Notes: a model not told the origin generated them from the letters alone. A stretch of 64,000 nt of DNA from an uncultured Acidobacteriia bacterium (GCA_903925975.1 CAIYHG010000001.1:3454-67453), one strand, 5' to 3'. Counted from the first letter of the stretch, positions 35,985 through 45,029 are shown. Translations and numbers: made by a program.

Positions 35985-38186
35985 CTAGCGCGCGCGGGTG
36001 CGGGCTTCCCCGCCCCCAGAGCTTTGGGTGTTACCTGAGTTACCGCGCGGGGCGGCTTCTCGGGGCGCAGCTTGTGGTCTCGGCGCTGCCTCCCTCGGGG
36101 CTGCCTGTCTCTGCTGCACCGGCGCCGCCTCACGCGGGGCGACTTGCCTCTGCGGCACTGGCGCGGCCTCTCTCGGAGCGACCTGTCGCTGCGGCATGGG
36201 CGCGGTCTCCCTCGGAGCGACCTGCCTGAATGCCGGGGCGTTGTTGCGCGGCGCGGAGTCTGGTTGGGCCTGGCGCGCGGCCGGCGGCTCACTGGAGCGC
36301 GGGGCTACGTCCCGGTTGCTCGCAGGCCCCTGAGTCTGTTGCCGCGGCTCCGCATTGCGTTGAGGCGCCTGGGTTTGCGGCTGGGGCTCAGAGCGCACCG
36401 GAGCGGGGTCGCCGAACCGGTTCCAACCGGGGTCTCTCTGTTGCTGTGGAACCACTTGGCGCTGGGGCGCCGGCTGCACAGGCCGCGCCTCGGTACTCGC
36501 GTTGGGCGCATTACTTGGTGTGCCGAACCGCTGCCAGCCGCCTCGATTCTGGGCAGGCGCTGCCTCCACTCTGGGGTTCGGGACGCCGCCGTTCGGCACG
36601 GCGCTTTCGGATGCGGCGGTGTTCGCCCGTCCGGCTGGAGCCGCCTGCCGTCCAATCACGTCGCGTGGCGTAGCTTGGCTACCTGCTTGCGGCGCCTGCC
36701 CCCCCTGCCGGCCGGGCTGGGCGTTAGGCGCTGCGCGCAGACCAGCCGCGCCGGTGTTGCGTTGCTCGAACGCGCTTTGTTGCTGTGCGAAGGGGATGCG
36801 CTCCACCTGCGGCCGCGCCTGCTGGTTCCCGCGGCTGAAGAACGTGACGTCGCGAGCCGCGCGAGGAGCCGCGGTCACCTGGCGATCGGTGAATCGCAGA
36901 TTGTCGGCCCTGGGGGTAATGGGCATGGGCCCCTGCATCACGCCCGCTTCACGGACCTGCTGCCCGTTGAATCGCTGCACGTTCTGGAAACGGCCCCTTT
37001 CGAAGTCATCGCGCCCCATGCCGATGATGCCGTTCTGGACTCGTGAGTTTCTGTAAACATTAGCGATGTTTACATTGGTGATGTTAATGTTTTGCTGCAT
37101 GTACGATCCGCGGCCGTAGTATCCGCGTCCCCACCAGGGATGGAACGTCTCGTAAGGCGCCAGCGGGACCCAGCCGACGTTATTGAAGCCGATTCCGATG
37201 CCACCGCCGCCCCAGCCGAAGAAGGCCACCAGCGCGGGCGACCAATAGTGCCTCACGTTGCGCACGCCGGGGTACCAATACCAGCCGCTGTTATAGAACC
37301 AACGGCCGTAGTGGTATGGCGCCCAGCCCCACGGGTCGTAACTCACCCATGTCCAGCCATACCAATCCTCCCAAACCCACCTTCCCTCGCCATAAGGAGA
37401 CCAGCTTGCGCCGATGCCTAGAGTGGGACGCCAGCAATATCCATACCCGTCAACATCTTCCCATCTACCATAACGGTCCAGGTCGGAAACGCCGTACACC
37501 CCGCTGGGCACGTGACGATAGCTGGCCGACGCCAGTTCGGCGCGGTTGCGGTCCTGATTCCAGCGGTCCCAGGCATCGAGCGGCGGCGCTTTCACCATCT
37601 GATATTCGGGGTTGGAAGCCTGCCCTCGCGCCACCATGGATTCGCCGGAGCGCACCCAACTCGACCCGGAGGGCGTGAACACCTCGACGTCGCCAGAGCG
37701 TGCGGTAACCTCAGTCTGTCCGGAGTCGTCAACCTGTATTCTGTAAGACCCTTCCCTTTGTGGTCTTACGGATATGTTCGGAGTATCTACTTCAATATCT
37801 ACATCGCTCTTCCGCAGTACGCTGTATGTGGCCGTACCGCGCGCAAGTTCCAGTTGGTAGTGCGCATAGTCCAACTGCGGCAGCCGCAATTCGGTGTCCC
37901 CGCTCAGCCGGATAACGTTGTCCGCGTCGAACTGGATCTCGACGCGGGAACCTGCCCCCGTGGCAATCTCGTCGCCCGCAAGCAAGGGAGCGTTGACTGC
38001 CGCCGCCACCCAGTCGCCGGAGTCGCCACGGCGCACCGAAGCGTTTCCTTCTATGGCGCTGATCCGGGCAACGGCCCGGTTCACGTCATCGGGGTCCGCT
38101 TGGGCGCGCGCCGGAGTCAACGCGCCGGCAAGACTGAATGCGGCGCTCATCAGCGCCAAGCCCCGGAATAACCTCATGCGTTCCAT
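35985..38186 (-). CDS. FecR-domain / DUF6600-like secreted protein with low-complexity repeat tail
   Basis: Start trimmed to MERMRLF (signal peptide). FecR region ISAIEGNASVRRGDSGDW..GDEI.TG..SRVEIQF. Trp/Tyr/Gly-rich block YGRW..YGYCWRP..WSPY..GRWVW..WGWAPYHYGRW. The C-terminal 300 aa are Q/P/A/R-rich with tandem repeats. Confidence 0.8.
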   Translation of the reverse strand: MERMRLFRGLALMSAAFSLAGALTPARAQADPDDVNRAVARISAIEGNASVRRGDSGDWVAAAVNAPLLAGDEIATGAGSRVEIQFDADNVIRLSGDTELRLPQLDYAHYQLELARGTATYSVLRKSDVDIEVDTPNISVRPQREGSYRIQVDDSGQTEVTARSGDVEVFTPSGSSWVRSGESMVARGQASNPEYQMVKAPPLDAWDRWNQDRNRAELASASYRHVPSGVYGVSDLDRYGRWEDVDGYGYCWRPTLGIGASWSPYGEGRWVWEDWYGWTWVSYDPWGWAPYHYGRWFYNSGWYWYPGVRNVRHYWSPALVAFFGWGGGGIGIGFNNVGWVPLAPYETFHPWWGRGYYGRGSYMQQNINITNVNIANVYRNSRVQNGIIGMGRDDFERGRFQNVQRFNGQQVREAGVMQGPMPITPRADNLRFTDRQVTAAPRAARDVTFFSRGNQQARPQVERIPFAQQQSAFEQRNTGAAGLRAAPNAQPGRQGGQAPQAGSQATPRDVIGRQAAPAGRANTAASESAVPNGGVPNPRVEAAPAQNRGGWQRFGTPSNAPNASTEARPVQPAPQRQVVPQQQRDPGWNRFGDPAPVRSEPQPQTQAPQRNAEPRQQTQGPASNRDVAPRSSEPPAARQAQPDSAPRNNAPAFRQVAPRETAPMPQRQVAPREAAPVPQRQVAPREAAPVQQRQAAPREAAPRPQAAPREAAPRGNSGNTQSSGGGEARTRAR
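36042..36230. repeat. in-frame tandem repeat (about 39-bp unit, 4-5 copies) inside the FecR-like gene
   Basis: Encodes VAPRETAPMPQRQ / VAPREAAPVPQRQ / VAPREAAPVQQRQ / AAPREAAPRPQ / AAPREAAPRG. Confidence 0.85.
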
Positions 38187-38325
38187 AGGATAGCCTCCCG
38201 ATACCGCATCCTTGCTATTGCACGGCAGCCGCCAAAACAAATCTCGTTATCTTTCAATTACTTGGCCGAGTTCTTGGGTCCGTCGGCATGGCTCAAAACC
38301 ACCAGCCTGGCCCGGATGCAGCACG

Positions 38326-38353
38326 TTGCGCCCGGCCGCGTGCCAGCTACAAT
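38326..38353 (+). promoter_or_regulatory. sigma70-like promoter candidate
   Basis: TTGCGC, 16 nt, TACAAT. It would give a leader of about 280 nt for wzt. Confidence 0.3.
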
Positions 38354-38601
38354 GCGGTTCAGTCAACAAGTGCGGCGGCCAGGAGGTGACGAGGCTACGG
38401 CCTCGCGGCCGGGAACCCGCTCGAAAGCAGCTTCGCAGCCAAGAATGGCTACCCCACGAAGAGGCGGCGTTACGTTGGGATTCAATAACAACGGTTAACT
38501 CCCACGGAATTTTGACCTGAACTCAACGACTACTAAGATGTCTATACACAATTAGTTGCAATCTATTAGCTAATCTCTTTCTTTACCGCCATCAGAAAAC
38601 T

Positions 38602-38613
38602 GCATAATTATGC
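38602..38613. promoter_or_regulatory. perfect 12-bp palindrome in the AT-rich tract upstream of wzt
   Basis: GCATAATTATGC ends 24 nt before the wzt TTG start. The surrounding 120 bp are about 38% GC by my hand count. Confidence 0.4.
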
Positions 38614-38637
38614 GTTGCAACCGTCTAGAATCGGAGT

Positions 38638-39831
38638 TTGATCCGCGTTCAAAACGTTTCCAAGCTGTATCGTTTGTACGGTAATCCGTCGGACCGATTG
38701 CGGGAACTCATCCCGGGCGCCGCTCCGCGGCACAAGGAGTTCTGGGCACTGCGCGACATCAGCTTTGCCGTGGAAGCCGGGGAGACGCTGGGATTGATCG
38801 GGCCGAACGGTTGCGGCAAGAGCACCCTGCTCCAGATCGTCAGCGGCATTCTACAACCTACGTTGGGACGCGTCTCCACCCAGGGGCGTATCGCCGCCCT
38901 GCTCGAGCTGGGAGCGGGTTTCAACCCTGAGTTCACCGGGCGGGAGAACGTCTGCCTCAATGCGGAGATCATGGGCCTGAGCCGGCCGCAGGTCGCCAAG
39001 GCCATGCCCTCGATTGAGGCATTTGCGGAGATCGGCGACTTTATCGACCGCCCGGTGAAGGAGTATTCCAGCGGCATGTACGTCCGGTTGGCGTTTTCGA
39101 CGGCGATCCACGTGGAGCCGGAGATCCTGATTGTGGACGAGGCGCTTGCCGTGGGGGACGCGGTGTTCTCGAACCGGTGCATCCGCAAGTTCGAGGAACT
39201 GCGCGACCGCAAGGTGACGGTGATCTTCGTTTCCCACGACATGGGTCTGGTGAAACGGCTGGCAGACCGAGCCGTTTTCCTGCTAAAGGGCCGTGTAGCC
39301 GCCGAAGGGACGCCCAACGATGTAGTTAACCGCTACATCGGCCTGGTTCTGGCCAACCAGGAGGCGGGCCGGAGCGACGGCGCGGCGAAGGGCAGTTTCC
39401 GCCACGGGAGCGGGGCGAGCGAGATTCTGGCCGTGGATATTCTGAATGACCGCGGCGAACCGGTTTCCTCGATTTCGGGCGGCGAGGCCATCACCGTGCG
39501 CGTGCGGACGCGCTTCCGCCGGGCGCTAGCCGACCCTATGGTCGGCATCCTCATCCGCACGCGGATCGGAATGGAAGTTTACGGCACGAACACGCGGATT
39601 GAAGGGGTGCGGCTGGGCGATTTCGAACCCGGCCAGGAAGTGGAAGTGAACTTCCGGTTTGCGTGCTGGCTTACCCCGCAAGAATACACGCTCACCGTGG
39701 CCACGCAGAACCCCGACGGAACGAGCCACGACTGGCTCGACGACGCGCTGGCGTTCAGCGTGGTGGACACGCGCGCCGCGGCGGGCGTGACGAACCTGAG
39801 GGCAGAAATCGAATGGCGCGTATCTCGGTAA
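38638..39831 (+). CDS. wzt: polysaccharide/O-antigen ABC transporter ATP-binding protein with C-terminal glycan-binding domain
   Basis: TTG start. IRVQNVSKLYRLY..P.DRL, Walker A GPNGCGKST, LELGAGFNPEFTGRENV, YSSGMYVRLAFS, ILIVDEALAVGD. The C-terminal ~150 aa fits the Wzt_C pattern. Confidence 0.85.
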   Translation: MIRVQNVSKLYRLYGNPSDRLRELIPGAAPRHKEFWALRDISFAVEAGETLGLIGPNGCGKSTLLQIVSGILQPTLGRVSTQGRIAALLELGAGFNPEFTGRENVCLNAEIMGLSRPQVAKAMPSIEAFAEIGDFIDRPVKEYSSGMYVRLAFSTAIHVEPEILIVDEALAVGDAVFSNRCIRKFEELRDRKVTVIFVSHDMGLVKRLADRAVFLLKGRVAAEGTPNDVVNRYIGLVLANQEAGRSDGAAKGSFRHGSGASEILAVDILNDRGEPVSSISGGEAITVRVRTRFRRALADPMVGILIRTRIGMEVYGTNTRIEGVRLGDFEPGQEVEVNFRFACWLTPQEYTLTVATQNPDGTSHDWLDDALAFSVVDTRAAAGVTNLRAEIEWRVSR

Positions 39832-40085
39832 GAGTGCACCCGCGCGCGAAGCGCAGCGCCGTCACGGGCCGCCTGGGCGACGCCTATAAGGTGGCCCTGG
39901 CCGCCCCGCCGGTAGACGGCAAGGCGAACGACGAGTGCATCCGTTTTCTGGCCGAAGTGGCGGGAGTACCCCGCTCCCGGGTTCGAATTTTGGCAGGAGC
40001 GTCGGCCCGCGTGAAGGTGGTCGAAATTGAGGGCGTTGCGCAGGAGGAGTTGGAGCGGGTGCTGCGGGGCACTGTAAGGCTCTGA
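39813..40085 (+). CDS. DUF167 (YggU) family protein
   Basis: Trimmed to MARISVRVHPRAKRSAV. APPVDGKAN motif. 19-nt overlap with the wzt 3' end. Confidence 0.85.
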   Translation: MARISVRVHPRAKRSAVTGRLGDAYKVALAAPPVDGKANDECIRFLAEVAGVPRSRVRILAGASARVKVVEIEGVAQEELERVLRGTVRL

Positions 40086-40332
40086 TGCCTTCCTTTGACG
40101 CGGAGACTAACGCAGAGAAGACCTTAGCGTTCAAAGCCAAAACCTGAGATCACGGAGGAGGCGGAGAATCCGCGCGCTGCGGAGCCTTCGGAAGCTCCAA
40201 GGAAGTCTGAAACACCTCAAGGATCTCAGCGCCGGGGTAGCCGCCGGTTCTGTCGGTCATCTCCCCGCCAAGGAAAGCTCATGAGAACGCGCCATCCTGC
40301 CTCACGTACGCACCCCCTGCTACGATGGTCCA

Positions 40333-41214
40333 TTGGACGGAGCCATTGTAGTAGACAAGCCGGAGGGCTGGACGTCGCACGACGTTGTGGGCAAGACCCG
40401 AGGCATTACCCGGATTAAAAAGATCGGACACCTCGGGACCCTCGACCCGATAGCAACCGGCGTGCTGCCGCTGGTTCTTGGGCGCGCTACGCGACTGGCC
40501 CAGTTCTACACCCATAGTGACAAGATCTACGAGGGGCAGGTGCGCTTCGGCTGGTCTACCAACACATACGACCGCGCCGGCCAGCCAACCAGCGAGAAGA
40601 CGGAAACCGTTCCCGAGCGCGAGGCCATAGAGGCCGCGCTTGATCGCTTCCGGGGCGAAATCCTCCAGACGCCGCCTCCGGTTTCCGCCAAGAAGATCGA
40701 AGGCAGACGCGCTTACGAGCTAGCGCGCAAAGCGCTGCCAGTGCTCCTCGAACCCGTCAAAGTAAACATTTACGAACTCACCGTTCTGGAAATGAACGGG
40801 GCGGACATCCGCCTGCGGGTGCATTGCTCGGGCGGCACCTACGTGCGCTCCATCGCGCACGACCTTGGGCTGGCGCTGGGCTGCGGGGCGCACTTGCAGG
40901 AACTGCGGCGCATGGCCAGCGGAGAGTTCGAAATCGGGCGGGCGCGCACGATCCCGCAGCTGGAAGCTTTGGCCGCGGACGAGCGGCTGCTCGACGCCTT
41001 GATCCCGGCCGCCGACCTACTGCCCGAGTTTCCTATAGTCTACGTAGACGACCTGACGGCGGGGCAGATCCGCAACGGTCGGGACTTCCCTGCCTCGCCC
41101 TTCCGTTCGCAGCCGGCATCGCGGTACGTGAAGGCCGTGGCCCGCGACGGCAGTCTGGTAGCGGTGGGCGAGGCTGCGCTGCCAAACCTATACCACCCCG
41201 TAGTGGTACTATAA
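40333..41214 (+). CDS. truB: tRNA pseudouridine(55) synthase
   Basis: GAIVVDKPEGWTSHDVV and GHLGTLDPIATGVLPLVLG (catalytic Asp). Confidence 0.95.
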   Translation: MDGAIVVDKPEGWTSHDVVGKTRGITRIKKIGHLGTLDPIATGVLPLVLGRATRLAQFYTHSDKIYEGQVRFGWSTNTYDRAGQPTSEKTETVPEREAIEAALDRFRGEILQTPPPVSAKKIEGRRAYELARKALPVLLEPVKVNIYELTVLEMNGADIRLRVHCSGGTYVRSIAHDLGLALGCGAHLQELRRMASGEFEIGRARTIPQLEALAADERLLDALIPAADLLPEFPIVYVDDLTAGQIRNGRDFPASPFRSQPASRYVKAVARDGSLVAVGEAALPNLYHPVVVL

Positions 41215-41250
41215 CTAGTCCTTCACGCCCTCGCCGTCATAGAATGAATC

Positions 41251-41742
41251 ATGCCTGACCGGCGCTCCATCCTGATTGGCTTTGCTCTCGGCGCCGGCTG
41301 TGGCTTGGCGCTTGCCGGTCCGGCGTTCTTCCTTTGGGACGCGCTGCGAACTTCGGAGTGGGATTCGCAAGCGTTGAGCATCCGTTACGAGATGGCGCGG
41401 TATGAAGCGGGCGGGCTGGTGTTCACGTACTCGCTGGAGAATCACACCGGCCGCGCGCTGCGCGTGAACACGGATTCCGCCGAGCTTCGGCTCCTGCGCG
41501 CCCCCGGCGCTCCGGAGCTGGGACTGCCGGCCTTGAGCCGCTCTTTCAACGTGTTCGCGAAAGGATCGCGGCTTGTCGACGTGAGGCTCGACCTGCGGCC
41601 CGACGGCGAAGGGACAGGGCCAATGCCTTTCGGGAACTCATACTCAAGGCCTCCCCGCGTGCCGGCGGGCGCAATTCAGGGCTTTGAGCTGATCGACCAC
41701 GGCTCAAATCTGCGCATCGTCTTCCCCGCCCCGGGCACGTAA
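41251..41742 (+). CDS. hypothetical protein with N-terminal TM/signal
   Basis: 163-aa ORF between truB and lpxD on the same strand. No family recognised. Confidence 0.55.
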   Translation: MPDRRSILIGFALGAGCGLALAGPAFFLWDALRTSEWDSQALSIRYEMARYEAGGLVFTYSLENHTGRALRVNTDSAELRLLRAPGAPELGLPALSRSFNVFAKGSRLVDVRLDLRPDGEGTGPMPFGNSYSRPPRVPAGAIQGFELIDHGSNLRIVFPAPGT

Positions 41743-41772
41743 TCGCGTCGCGCGCGGCGATATCATTAGGCC

Positions 41773-42804
41773 ATGCGGGTTCGCGAACTAGCCGAGTGGC
41801 TCGGCGCCACATTTGAAGGCGATGGCGAGAGGGATCTCACGGGCGTAGCCCCGTTGGACGCCGCCGCGCAAAGCGATTTGTCCTTCGTCGGCAGCCGCAA
41901 AGCGGCGGCGCTGGCCGAGAGCTCCCCGGCAGGCTGCCTCATAGTGCCCATGGAGTGGCCCAGCCCGAGCGGGCGCACCGTGATCCGCACGGAGCAGCCG
42001 CGCACGGCCTTCGCGCGCTCCGTGAGCCGCTTCAATCCCACCGTCGAACTGGAACCGGGCCTGCACCCGACCGCGGTGATCGGCGCCGGGGTGAGCATCG
42101 GCGCGCTGGTCTCGATAGCTCCGCTGGTTACCGTGGGAGACGGCTCGCGCATCGGCGAAGGTTGCCGCATCGGCCCCGGGTGCGCCATCGGGAAGCGCGT
42201 GGTGATCGGCGAAGGCAGCGTGCTGCACGCCAACGTTTCTATCTACGACAACGTGGATATCGGCCGCGGCGCCATTCTGCATTCCGGGTGTGTTATCGGC
42301 GCGGACGGGTTCGGCTTCGTGCTGGAGAACGGCCGTTGGGAGAAATTTCCGCAGGTGGGCCGCGTGGAGATTGGAGACTTCGTCGAGATTGGCGCCGGTT
42401 CGTGCGTGGACCGCGCCGCCCTGGGCGTCACCTCCATCGGCGAAGGAACCAAGCTCGACAACATGGTGCACGTGGCGCACAATTGCCGCATCGGCCGGCA
42501 CGTGGTAGTGGCCGCTCAGACCGGGTTCTCGGGAGGGGTAGTGGTGGAAGACCACGCCATCATCGGCGGCCAGGTGGGAATTGGGGATAAGGCGCGCATC
42601 GAATCCGGGGCCGTGCTGGGCTCGGGGTGCGGCGTTCTCACCTCGAAGATCGTCCGCGCGGGAGAGACGGTTTGGGGAACGCCCGCCCGTCCCCTGAAAG
42701 CGCACCTGGAGCAGTTGGCCAGCCTTGCCCGTCTGCCCGAAATGCGGCGGGAAGTGAGCGACCTGAAGCGGCGCCTGGCCGAACTAGAGCGGGCCAAGCC
42801 GTGA
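41773..42804 (+). CDS. lpxD: UDP-3-O-(3-hydroxyacyl)glucosamine N-acyltransferase
   Basis: N-terminal LpxD domain (LAEWLGATFEGDGERDLTGVAPL..A...DLSFV), long hexapeptide-repeat region, HVAHNC.IG. Confidence 0.95.
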   Translation: MRVRELAEWLGATFEGDGERDLTGVAPLDAAAQSDLSFVGSRKAAALAESSPAGCLIVPMEWPSPSGRTVIRTEQPRTAFARSVSRFNPTVELEPGLHPTAVIGAGVSIGALVSIAPLVTVGDGSRIGEGCRIGPGCAIGKRVVIGEGSVLHANVSIYDNVDIGRGAILHSGCVIGADGFGFVLENGRWEKFPQVGRVEIGDFVEIGAGSCVDRAALGVTSIGEGTKLDNMVHVAHNCRIGRHVVVAAQTGFSGGVVVEDHAIIGGQVGIGDKARIESGAVLGSGCGVLTSKIVRAGETVWGTPARPLKAHLEQLASLARLPEMRREVSDLKRRLAELERAKP

Positions 42805-43406
42805 TCGTTGTGGTGGGCGGGCACTCGCGGAATATCGGGAAGACTTCGCTGGCGGCGGGACTCATTCGCAAGTTTCGCGACCGCGAATGGGCCGCCGTCA
42901 AGATCACCCAGCACGGCCACGGCGTGTGCGCACGCACCGGCGACCCGTGCGGATGCGAGACGGAGCCCGAACACCCCATCGCCATCGGCGAGGAGTACGA
43001 ACCGGGAACCACCGATTCGGGACGCTTCCTCGCCGCCGGGGCGAAACGGTCCTTCTGGATGCGCTTGCCCGGCGGGCAGATGCAGGCCGCGTCCGACGCA
43101 TTGAACAAGATCTTCAAGAAGAATCCCAACGTGATCATCGAATCCAACAGCGTGCTGGAGATCCTGCGGCCCGACGTGTTTCTAATGCTGATGGATTTTT
43201 CGTGCGAGGACTTCAAGCAGTCCAGCCTGCGGTTTATGGACCGCGCGGACGCTTTCCTGGTGATCGACCGGGGACTGAACGTCCCTTTGTGGGAAGACCT
43301 GGCGCGCGGCACGTGGGACGATAAGCCGCATTTCCTGGTGAAGCCGCCGCGCTACGTCAGCGCTGAGGTCGCCGAGTTCGTCCGCTCCAGGCTAGCCGGC
43401 TCTTGA
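42801..43406 (+). CDS. MobB/dethiobiotin-synthase-like P-loop protein (hypothetical)
   Basis: GTG 42801 overlaps the lpxD stop (GTGA). VIVVVGGHSRNIGKTSL P-loop with one extra residue, VKITQHGH, DSGRFLAAGA and VIIESNS are collinear with MobB as I recall it. Confidence 0.65.
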   Translation: MIVVVGGHSRNIGKTSLAAGLIRKFRDREWAAVKITQHGHGVCARTGDPCGCETEPEHPIAIGEEYEPGTTDSGRFLAAGAKRSFWMRLPGGQMQAASDALNKIFKKNPNVIIESNSVLEILRPDVFLMLMDFSCEDFKQSSLRFMDRADAFLVIDRGLNVPLWEDLARGTWDDKPHFLVKPPRYVSAEVAEFVRSRLAGS

Positions 43407-43648
43407 GCTTGCGGCGCCGCCACGCCGTGAGCGATCCGCGAAGCCTCATCGAGCAGATGCGAGGCGCGCTCCAGTTGCGCCTGGATCATAGCGACCTGTT
43501 CCATAACCTGCGTATCGCCGGGCTCCAGGATCATCTCCAGGTACGACGCGGAGAAGGCGATATTAGCCAAGGGCTGGCGCAGATCGTGCATGATACGGGA
43601 AAGAGGGTCGTTGAGCGTGAGCATGGCGGCTGCCACAGTATAACGCAA
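43352..43648 (-). CDS. stand-alone histidine-kinase dimerisation/phosphoacceptor (DHp) domain protein
   Basis: H-box LSRIMHDLRQPLANI followed by a second helix, with no HATPase_c domain. 55-nt convergent overlap with the previous gene. May start at MLTLN (43624). Confidence 0.45.
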   Translation of the reverse strand: MRYTVAAAMLTLNDPLSRIMHDLRQPLANIAFSASYLEMILEPGDTQVMEQVAMIQAQLERASHLLDEASRIAHGVAAPQAQEPASLERTNSATSALT

Positions 43649-43678
43649 CGTGAATTTTACAGGAACAGGGAATACTGC

Positions 43679-44638
43679 TCAGTCGCGTGAATTCACGATA
43701 TTTCTGGGACGGCCTGCTAGAAACGCCGCGATGTTCTCAACGGCGGTTTCCATCAAACGCTTCCGCGCCTCCAGCGTTCCCCACGCCATGTGCGGCGTAA
43801 TGAGGCAATTGCGGGCGGTTAGGAGCGGGTTCGACGCGGCAGGAGGCTCTTCGGCCAGCACGTCGAGCGCCGCGCCCGCCAAGCGGCCGGAGTTCAGCGC
43901 CTCCGCCAGGTCTTTCGCCACCACGAGCGGCCCGCGCGCGGTGTTGATCAGAAAGGACGTGGGCCGCATCAGCGCGAGCGTACGCGCGCAGATCATCCCG
44001 CGGGTTTCCGGCGTGAGAGGAGCGTGCAGGCTCACCACGTCAGATTCGCGCAATAGTTCCTCCATGTTCGCCCAGCGGAAGCCGGGATGGGCCGGCGGAT
44101 CCACGGGGTTGGTGTCGCTCGCGATCACGGTCATTCCCATCGCGTCCGCGATCCGTGCGGTCTGCCGGCCGATCCGGCCAAAACCGGCGATGCCCATGGT
44201 CTTGCCCGCCAATTCCGTCAGCGGCGTCTTCCAGAAACACCACTCGCCGCTCCACTCCCCCGCCCGCACGGAGTCGGCGTGAAGACCCACGTGGTGGCAC
44301 AACTCAAGCAACAGCGCGAAGACGTACTGCCCCACAGACGCCGTTCCGTAGATGGGTACGTTGGCAACGAGAATGCCCAGATCTCGGGCGGCGGCCACAT
44401 CCACCACGTCGTACCCCGTGGCCAGCACGCCCACGTATCGCAGTTGGGGAAGCGCGCGCAAAGCGTCCGCTGAAAGACGGGTCTTGTTCGTGAGGAGAAC
44501 CGCCGCTCCGCGCGCCCGCTCCATAAGGTCGGCGGGGGCCGTGCGTTCGAAGATCTCAAGTTCGCCGAGCCGCGCGAGCGAAATCCACGAAAGATCGCCG
44601 GGATTCAGGCAGTAACCGTCCAGTACGACGATCCTCAC
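43679..44638 (-). CDS. D-2-hydroxyacid (glycerate) dehydrogenase
   Basis: MRIVVLDGY, GKTMGIAGFGRIGRQ NAD-binding motif, LINTARG, TPHMAW. Confidence 0.9.
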   Translation of the reverse strand: MRIVVLDGYCLNPGDLSWISLARLGELEIFERTAPADLMERARGAAVLLTNKTRLSADALRALPQLRYVGVLATGYDVVDVAAARDLGILVANVPIYGTASVGQYVFALLLELCHHVGLHADSVRAGEWSGEWCFWKTPLTELAGKTMGIAGFGRIGRQTARIADAMGMTVIASDTNPVDPPAHPGFRWANMEELLRESDVVSLHAPLTPETRGMICARTLALMRPTSFLINTARGPLVVAKDLAEALNSGRLAGAALDVLAEEPPAASNPLLTARNCLITPHMAWGTLEARKRLMETAVENIAAFLAGRPRNIVNSRD

Positions 44639-45029
44639 CGGGCCGCTCCGAACGAGCTCGGTCGGAGGGGTCTAGAAGGGCGGATGATCGGCTGATGAAG
44701 GGGCGGCATGAAAAGCCATTGTAGCCGCCCTGGCAGACAGATAGATCGTGCCGATTACGCTCGAATGGCGATTCCGACACGCACGCGAGACACGGCCCCC
44801 TTGGGCGCCGTCCGGCGGCTACTGCCGGCGCCGGTTCTTGATGCGGTAGCCCACGAAGCTGATGCGGCTCACATTGCGGCGTGGCGAATTTTCCCACAAA
44901 ACCGATGCCGCGAGGCCATTTACCCGCTAGCGGCAGCGTGATTGTGCCGATATGGCAATACAGGTGAGCCGATTCACTACGCCCGAGCAGCCTCAGCCCG
45001 AGTTCCAAGGCCCCGGTCCAAGCCGGAGG

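Noticed and set aside
36042-36230. Regular 39-bp repeats considered as a possible CRISPR array.
   Set aside because: The units are contiguous with no spacers. They are in frame within a long ORF, they encode a repeated peptide, and no cas genes are present.
38390-38405. CGAGGC-UACG-GCCUCG hairpin with a UNCG-type tetraloop in the wzt leader.
   Set aside because: A single 6-bp hairpin is not evidence for a structured RNA on its own. It is kept only as context for the leader finding.
38520-38637. AT-rich tract considered as the edge of a horizontally acquired island.
   Set aside because: The flanking genes have window-typical GC. No integrase, tRNA or direct repeats flank it, so it is better explained as a regulatory leader.
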